Notes under the pieces: model-generated
What the model was told of the DNA's origin: nothing
The model's input: only the letters and a program-made list of their open reading frames with translations
Databases searched by the model: none
Translations under genes and position numbers: made by a program
Shown: positions 55,555 to 64,000 of the stretch, in pieces
How positions within the stretch are numbered: the stretch's first letter is position 1
How the letters are laid out: every line of letters starts with the position of its first letter
Assembly (NCBI GenBank): GCA_013265495.1
Contig: MU057651.1
Span: 1,189,674-1,253,673 of the forward strand
DNA: 64,000 bases
Direction: 5' to 3'
DNA from: Vicugna vicugna
Taxonomy: Eukaryota

Positions 55555-56262
55555 AAACGTGGAATCTTTAGCTCCCAGCTTGACAGTCAGTTACAAAAAG
55601 CAGAAAGCACCTTAACATTTCCTCTGGAGGATATTATCACGGCACACCAGTATCAGCAGCGGGTAGAAACACATGTGCTCTATCATACTTTGACCTTTAC
55701 GCTTCAAATCAAGAGAATCTTGAGCAAGGTTGGTTTCCCCATCCAGTATGCACTTTGTGTAGATGTAAAAAAAGTTTTTGTTGTTGTTTTTTTCACAGAA
55801 TATGATCTGTGGATTGTTTGAATGAAACATGTTTATTTCTATGGTGGTGACTTTGCAAGAAAACAAGACCAGGAGAGGTATTTCCTCAAAGGCTAAAAGG
55901 AGGCATTACCACCACCACCACTACTTGCCAGGGGATTTGCAAAGCATCTTGAGGCTCGAGGTTAGTACGGGAGATGAGCCAGGCTTGGGAGAAGTTAGTG
56001 TAGAGCAAAAGATTAGAGTGGTTTTCCCCCTTTTAGGCAGCCAACACAACAAAGTACTTCAGATAGTAATGCCTAGTGGTCAGATAATGACGTATTTTCT
56101 GCAATGATCATGTTTGGGTTTGTCTATTTCCTTTAGGCTTGTGAGGTTTGGAATTGGCATTTAAAATCCCTGGGGGAAAGCTATTTTTGTAATTCAGTTG
56201 GGATGTCCTTGTCTTAGGGTTTCCCATTGCATCAGTCCCCTAGCCGGGTATGATAGCCATGA

Positions 56263-56538
56263 TAGTGCTTTGTCTTTTAGATGAAATACAGAACTAAAGA
56301 CATGACTACTGGTGCTTATTAAAGATTCCTTGCTATTTTCACAAGAGTAGGGGCGTTAGACTCTTGTCTACTGGCCAAATTCTAAATTGGGAGATTACAT
56401 TCTGCTTTCCTAAGTTCCCCTATCAGAAGCAGCCATCCATGGTATCCCACTTTGCTTCCTGTGCTAAACTGTTGTGTGATGTCATTAAATGGCACAGGTT
56501 TTCTACTCTAGAAGTGGTCACTTCTTAGTGGAGTGGTG
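56263..56538 (+). mobile_element. AmnSINE1-like (Deu-domain) ancient SINE remnant
   Basis: Ordered blocks ATTAAAGAT, CAAGAGTAGGGG, CTGGCCAAATTC, ATTACATTCTGC, CTTCCTGTGCTAAACTGTTGTG match the AmnSINE1 Deu-domain consensus as recalled. Confidence 0.75.
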
Positions 56539-57084
56539 ACTAAATCGGTACCTATTATCTGATATTGTATTTGACCTAGTTTCAAACAAATTAAAAGGTA
56601 GGCTCTGATAGTTAAGGATAAAGTACAAAACAAAACAAGACACCCTAATAATGTACCAGTTGTTGTGGAACATTTTAAAAAACCCAATCTGCTGTCTCTT
56701 CTGCAACACAGACAAACAAATTAATGCATGTTTTTAAACACCACTAGTGGTTGACAATGAATTGTTACTTTGTCTCAAACAGGAGGATACTATATCTAAC
56801 AGGGATGATGAGGTTTGAGAGGATGCAATCTCATATTTCAAACCAGTTAATGCACCTCTTTTGTCTTTAGGTTGCATCTAACCATCCTAGACAGTTGATC
56901 TATTTCATAAAATCTCTCCTTAAGGAGAGTCTTCATCTTTCCTTAGTAACATATTTCAATGTTTCTCAATCTTTCCATAAAAACAAAGTTCTTATTTTTG
57001 TTTAAACTCCATTCAACCCACTGTAGCTTAATGTCACCATCTTTTATCCGTTGCCAATCTTCTATCATACTTTGGTATTGAGAG

Positions 57085-57320
57085 GCACAATGGCATGGTT
57101 TTTGGTGTTGGACATGTCTGCGTTCAAATCCTGACTCTCACTTTCTAGGTGTGTGATGTTGGGCAAGTCACTAATGATGTTCAATTTCCTCATACGTAAA
57201 TGAGCAATCTTAGAGGGTTACTGTGAAGACCAAATGAAGCAATATATTATTTGAAGAATTATGGAGTAAGACATGGTATGGTACTCGGCACCCAAAATGT
57301 GCTCAATAAATAGTGGCTAT
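57085..57320 (+). mobile_element. MIR SINE
   Basis: GTTCAAATCCTGACTCT...TTGGGCAAGTCAC...GCTCAATAAAT. Confidence 0.7.
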
Positions 57321-58306
57321 TCATCTGATTAGGTACACAGATCTGACCTAATTCATATACTCTTTGAGAGTGGGAAGCATACTTCCTGGATTTCAATGTA
57401 AGTACAGTGTTGTGCACATAGTATGGTGCAGAGGGTCAATATTTATTGAATGAATAAGCTTCCCCCCACAGTAGGCGTGGAATGAACAACCCTCAGCTAT
57501 TGCAAGATTCCACACATTTAGCTCAAAGGTGACAAAATCGATCAATCCTCTGATGCCTCCAAATATGCAAATAGATACCTCCCGTTGTCTAGGTGTTTTG
57601 GCATGGGGCAGACTCCATGTGAAAATAAAAACTTATAACTTCTGTTTCTATGAGGTTCATTTCTATGAATTTTTACATTCAATTATTGTCTTGGGTGCCC
57701 AGAATGGGACTGACTCAATCATCCGCCTCCTCAGCCATTCAAGCATTCTTCAATTGAGAAATTTTTAAATGAATACTAACAACTATCTAATTATATACCT
57801 GAATAAAATCTTTCAATTTGTATCTAAATATACTACCTGGCCTAGTGACCTGTAAGATCTGTGCTGACTACAGATATATTTCTAATTGTTTTGTTTCCAA
57901 GCCAACCCCCACCCGCCCCAATAACCCACCGCCCCAAGTTCCAGAATACAATTAACATCTTTGAACCAGTGAGGTGAGTGTTAGAACTTTATGTTTTGCT
58001 TTTAAACGTTTTCACGAGGCTAGGAGGGAAAGTTGAGGGGCAAGTAGAGGACCTGTAGATTGAATCGGGTTTGAAAATTTGTCAGTAAGGAAAGGAAAGA
58101 GTATTGCTCTTTTACCATAATCTTGGAAGAAGCCTTGTGCGTGTGCTTAGATTGAACCAGTGCAGTATGGCCATTTCCCCGACTGCTTTGTATAGACTTT
58201 ATAGAGGCGATCTCAGGTGTGGAGCTCCAAGCACCTGCTTGCTTACTCTCCGGCAGTTCAGGACCCAGCGTATTTGAAGCTGGTGGCTCAGGTTCCACGG
58301 AACTAG

Positions 58307-59600
<1,294 letters not shown>

Positions 59601-62254
59601 ATTCCCGCCCCCTGTACCTTGCACATGGAGTTACTATCCCATTGCAGCGTGAAAAATAGCAACTATCCAACTTCTGTTCTGCTAGTGATGGAACTTAGCT
59701 CAGGAGCCTATGAGGTTACCCATCTTTTTCCTTCGGGCTTCCTTGTGTCCTGGGGAGGGAGGAGTTTTTTTTTTTTTCAAAACACATTTTCCCTTAGTAC
59801 CTATTTTTATCTGAACATACCCATTAAAATGTGTTTCTAGTGAAGCGCACCGCCGGCTCCCTCACATTTAAAGAGTGAGACTTTTTTTTTTTTTCATCCC
59901 ACCGTCTGGGTAATAGCTCATTCAAAGAGAGCTGTCCCCATAGAGTCACTGTCAGTTTGTACATTAAGCGTGCATTGGCTTTTGTGTCGATTTCACTTTT
60001 TAAGAAATCCTTGTCAGGCTCGACGATTCTAGAAGTAGTTAAACAGTGTGTAGGAATTTTTATCGTTTCCTTCGGTTTTGTACTTTTAGTTATTTTACCC
60101 TTCAAGTGTGTAGTTGAAATTGTTTAAAATCACACTGTTACCGCTAACAGCCAGGTTAATTCTAATCCCTGTCCATTTGGATGTGTGGGAGATGGGGCAT
60201 ATGGTTTGTTGTTGCTGTTTTTTTTTTAATATGTAAACTGAGTGTAAACTGACTTTTTGAGTTAAATGCTAGACAGAATGTAAAACCCAAGGAAGGGCAG
60301 AATGACAGAGGGCAATTGTTTTTATTATGAATACTTAGCATCAAGAAAAATAATAGAGAAAAATGTCAGTGAAACTTACAGTGAAAAGCATCAAACCTTT
60401 TTCTAGCTAAGACAAGTGCCCCTTATCCCCATATCATAAATACCTGAACTGATGTTCTTTTTAAACTGCTTCTTTTCATTTTGTGAGATTAGAGGATTAG
60501 ACTGGATACATATAAACACTTCTACCTAGACTAAAAATATTCAATTAATATGTAAAATGGAAATTCCAATAAAGTGTCCTGGAAATTGTAACTTTGTTTT
60601 GTTTGTTTTCTTTGGCTTTGATACTTGAAATGTATTTAATTTTGTGTTTTTGCCACTCTTCTGTGGTCTATGCATTTTCTTTCAGACTTGGTTCCTCTTT
60701 GAGCATTGGTTCATAAGAAATGCATGAAAGAGCATACAGACTGAGACTTTGTCAAATAAATTAAATATCTTGATAAGTTTCCTAGTTTTGATTCTAGAAG
60801 CTTAAATCCTAAACCCACACCTGTACTTAGCCAATTTAGTTTTTTTTTTTTGGTTAAGAAGTAGAATTCATTTCGAAAAAGACTGCCATGTTAAAAAAAA
60901 ATCTATGAAATATTAATTAGGTTGAGTCACTTATTTGTGACTTTTCTGCCTTCTCTTGAATGTCTATGATGTATTAAAGCCAGTACGGGAATGATACATA
61001 GGTTGGCTCAGCAAAGTCATGGGACTGCAAAAATTCACTCCTGTTTAGTTAGATGAGTTTGGCAAAGGCTGTTTTACTATTCACGCTCCATTGCTCCAAA
61101 GCATATGCGAACACACTTTCAGGAGGTGCTATTTTCACACATCTTAAAGTGAGTTTGGGTTAACTGAATGACTGTAACAAGAATTTTAAAAGGAAAGTGA
61201 GCTTGACCAGTTCATACAGAAAATGCTTTTGAAAATGTCATTCAACAGTGGCTACTTTGCACATGTATTTGGGTATTGTTTCTTTTCTAACAACCCTAGC
61301 CACTGGATTTCTTTTTCATGGAATTAAATAGATAAAATAAGACACCCTTTGACCATTGTGGATATGTTGAAGTGATGGTGGGAGAATAGTAACTATTATC
61401 ATTTCACAGGCCTCGACTTGTGTCATGTATTCTACCAAACAGCGAATTTAGAAGAGACACTGAACATGACCAAGGGGAGAATGAAAGTTCACTTAAGTGG
61501 AAAGAGGAGTGCATCTTATTTTCATTTATTTTAAAGTTATTTTTTGAGGTGGACTGTGGAAAAATTCAGGAAAATTTCTTAAAAGCAGTGTTAGACTATG
61601 AGAGTGAAATAACTATCATCACTTGACAGTGCCTTAGTAACCAGCACCCATTTTCTTTCTGTTTTACATATTTAATAGCAGTGTGTACTTATTAGTGTGG
61701 CTCGGTGCTGGGGGCCATAACATATAAATAGACACATTGCTTTTTTTTTCTTTCTCAGAGTTGTTAGTATCATGTCTTGAGCAGCGCTGTTTCAGGTCCT
61801 GTCTCTTGTCCACTAGAAGACATGCCTTCGACAGTTTCACATTCTCTTGTGGAAAAGCGTACCGTTTTCTCCCTTCCCAGGACCTTTCTGTCAAAATGTC
61901 TGTCACTGGTGAAATCCGCCTTTCATAGGTTTAGAAGTCCTCGATTCATTAGTGACCCATCCATTCTGGAAGATTATTAGAAATTTCCAGTGATCTGTCT
62001 GTTTCAGGTTGTGGGGTGGGGGGAGGATGTTGCTATATGAGCAGGCTGTGTGGATACAAATTCTTCACTGTTGCTGCTGTTTCTTGGAGTACCTACCTTA
62101 TGGCAATAGCAGTAGCCGGCACTTGGGAGGACAGTGGAAACTTGTTTAATGGATGACAGGTGACATTTGTGTTAAAAGTGAGGAATGCATTACTGAATCC
62201 TTGGTCTCAGTGGTAGTTACATTTGCCCACAGAACTAAGGTTCAAGACATGATA

Positions 62255-62284
62255 ACAAACAAACAAACAAACAAACAAACAAAC
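62255..62284. repeat. (AAAC)n microsatellite
   Basis: Direct reading. Confidence 0.9.
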
Positions 62285-62424
62285 ATAACTGTAGGTGCAT
62301 TTTACTGTTCGAAGTCAGAGCTCTTGGATTTACACACAGATAGCCATGTTATATAGGAAACCATTTGCTACCATAAAGGGATCCACTGAGCCAGATGTCG
62401 AGCCAGTTAGACTGCAGAAACGTC

Positions 62425-63050
62425 ATTCTCCACCATAGCTGCACATTCGAATCACTGGGGGATTATTAAAAATATGGATGTCGGGGTCCCAACCCTAGAG
62501 ATTCTGATTTGATTGGTCTTGGATGGGGCCTGGGCATCAGGATTATTAAAAACTCTCCGGGTGATTTTAATGTGCAGCTGAGGGGGAGAACCACTGATTG
62601 TATTCGATGAGGCCTTTCTCCTGCAATTCCTATTAATTTGGTCTGGGGTGGTGCCTGGGTACTCAGATTTTATGAGAAACCTGGGTGATTTCTGGTAAAC
62701 TGCCGGTTTGGGAAACACTTGCAGTGTGGTCTGCAGAAGACATCACCTGGGAACCTGTTTGAAATGTAGGCTCTCAGGCCCCACCTCAGACCTGTTGTAT
62801 TTGAATCTGCAGTTTAACAAGCTCCCCAGGTGATTCTTATGCACATTAAAGTTTGGGGAGGAGTGGTTCTCGAACTTTAGAGTACATCATAAGCTCCTGT
62901 AGTGCTTGTTAAAACACAAATTGCTGGGCCCCATTCCCAGAGTTTCTGATTCAGTCGAACTGGGGTGGGGCCATGAATTTGCATTTCTAACAAGCTCCCT
63001 GGTGATGCTGCTGCTACAGTTCCCAGGGCCACACGTTGAGACCCACTGGG
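62425..63050. mobile_element. Cluster of about four adjacent hAT MITEs (MER5A/MER5B-like)
   Basis: Repeated GAATCAC..GGG, ATTCTGATT, AACAAGCTCCC..GGTGAT, GAGAACCACTG motifs in both orientations. Confidence 0.75.
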
Positions 63051-64000
63051 TTAGAGTGGTAAGGACCTATGTTAAAGTACTTGAGCAACTATAAGGGAAC
63101 CTCAGTTTTCACTGCCAGTTTCCAATATAAAACTTCCTGTGTCCATGTCACCATCCTTTATCATGTTCTTTCTAACTTAGCACCAGGGAGATTGAATGCT
63201 GCCAAGACCATAATGAGAGTCTGAGGTTCTTGGGATGGTTTCTGTCCGATGTGGGCTGGGGGAAGGAGGGGCGGAAAACCCCCACCTAGAAACCTGCGGT
63301 AGGATTTATAGGTCTTTTTTCAGAAATTGTTAACTGTGAGGGGCACATTTTAGGAAGTAAAAGCAGCACAAATACGATATTTTAAAGTGAGTTGTATTGA
63401 TTTTAATAAGTAAAGCCCCCTTCTGTTCCCATAGAAAATGCTTTGATGATTAGCTCACTAAATAACATGTTGTGATAAGATTTTAAAAGCTTTTACTTAC
63501 ACTTACGCTTGCTGGATTGCATTTTAAGAATTTTCCTCATTAACAAAGAAATATAAAAGGGTCCTGCTAAGGCACTGGGATTGTTCGGTCTTATATCTTT
63601 AATGCTGTGTTGCATGTCACATCCCATGAACTTTTTATTTTAATCTTCTTACCACCTTTGAAGTTAATGCAGTACTACATTTTGTATAGACCATAGCACA
63701 GAAAAGATACTTTACTGTTAAACATCAATAAGTGTGGTTTTCCATTGCAGTGAACAGAATGTAGTTTTTAAAAAATCCACTTCTGGACGTGCAGATTTTG
63801 AGAGACTAATCAGGTGTTTGAACTGTTAACTCTTTCTTGTCTTGTCACAGTAGACAAATTACTGTTCTTTGGGCATGCTTGGGAGAGATTGGGTTGCTTT
63901 AGGGAGGTGAGAAGCACTTCGTTTCACCAGAACAGTAACAGTTCTATCCCATATTAGTGGGAAAAAAAAGATGATTTGATAATGCAGCTCAGGTGAAAGT

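Overview
Mammalian genomic DNA, most likely from a camelid (tRNA-Ala-like SINEs and cetartiodactyl-type L1 ends). It is probably X-linked, because it contains the CpG-island promoter and first coding exon of AMMECR1 (ATG 58724, donor after 59196, + strand). The ~58 kb upstream and ~5 kb of intron 1 are dominated by transposon fossils: L1 (often nested, with readable target-site duplications), L2, L3/CR1, MIR, hAT and Tigger MITEs, and MaLR/ERVL LTRs. I found no other protein-coding gene and no clear new biological system. The best leads are: an AmnSINE1-like ancient SINE ~2 kb upstream of AMMECR1; an overlapping uORF, an internal splice acceptor and a strong Met124 start in exon 1; several TSD-flanked non-canonical retro-insertions (a tailless L1 5' end, a tailless 41-bp internal L1 fragment, an orphan polyadenylated fragment); a shared L1 truncation point at a G-quadruplex-like tract; a 270-bp local duplication; and a small CCAAT/YY1/CpG element near 4 kb. 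Repeat family names come from recalled consensus sequences, and repeat boundaries are approximate.
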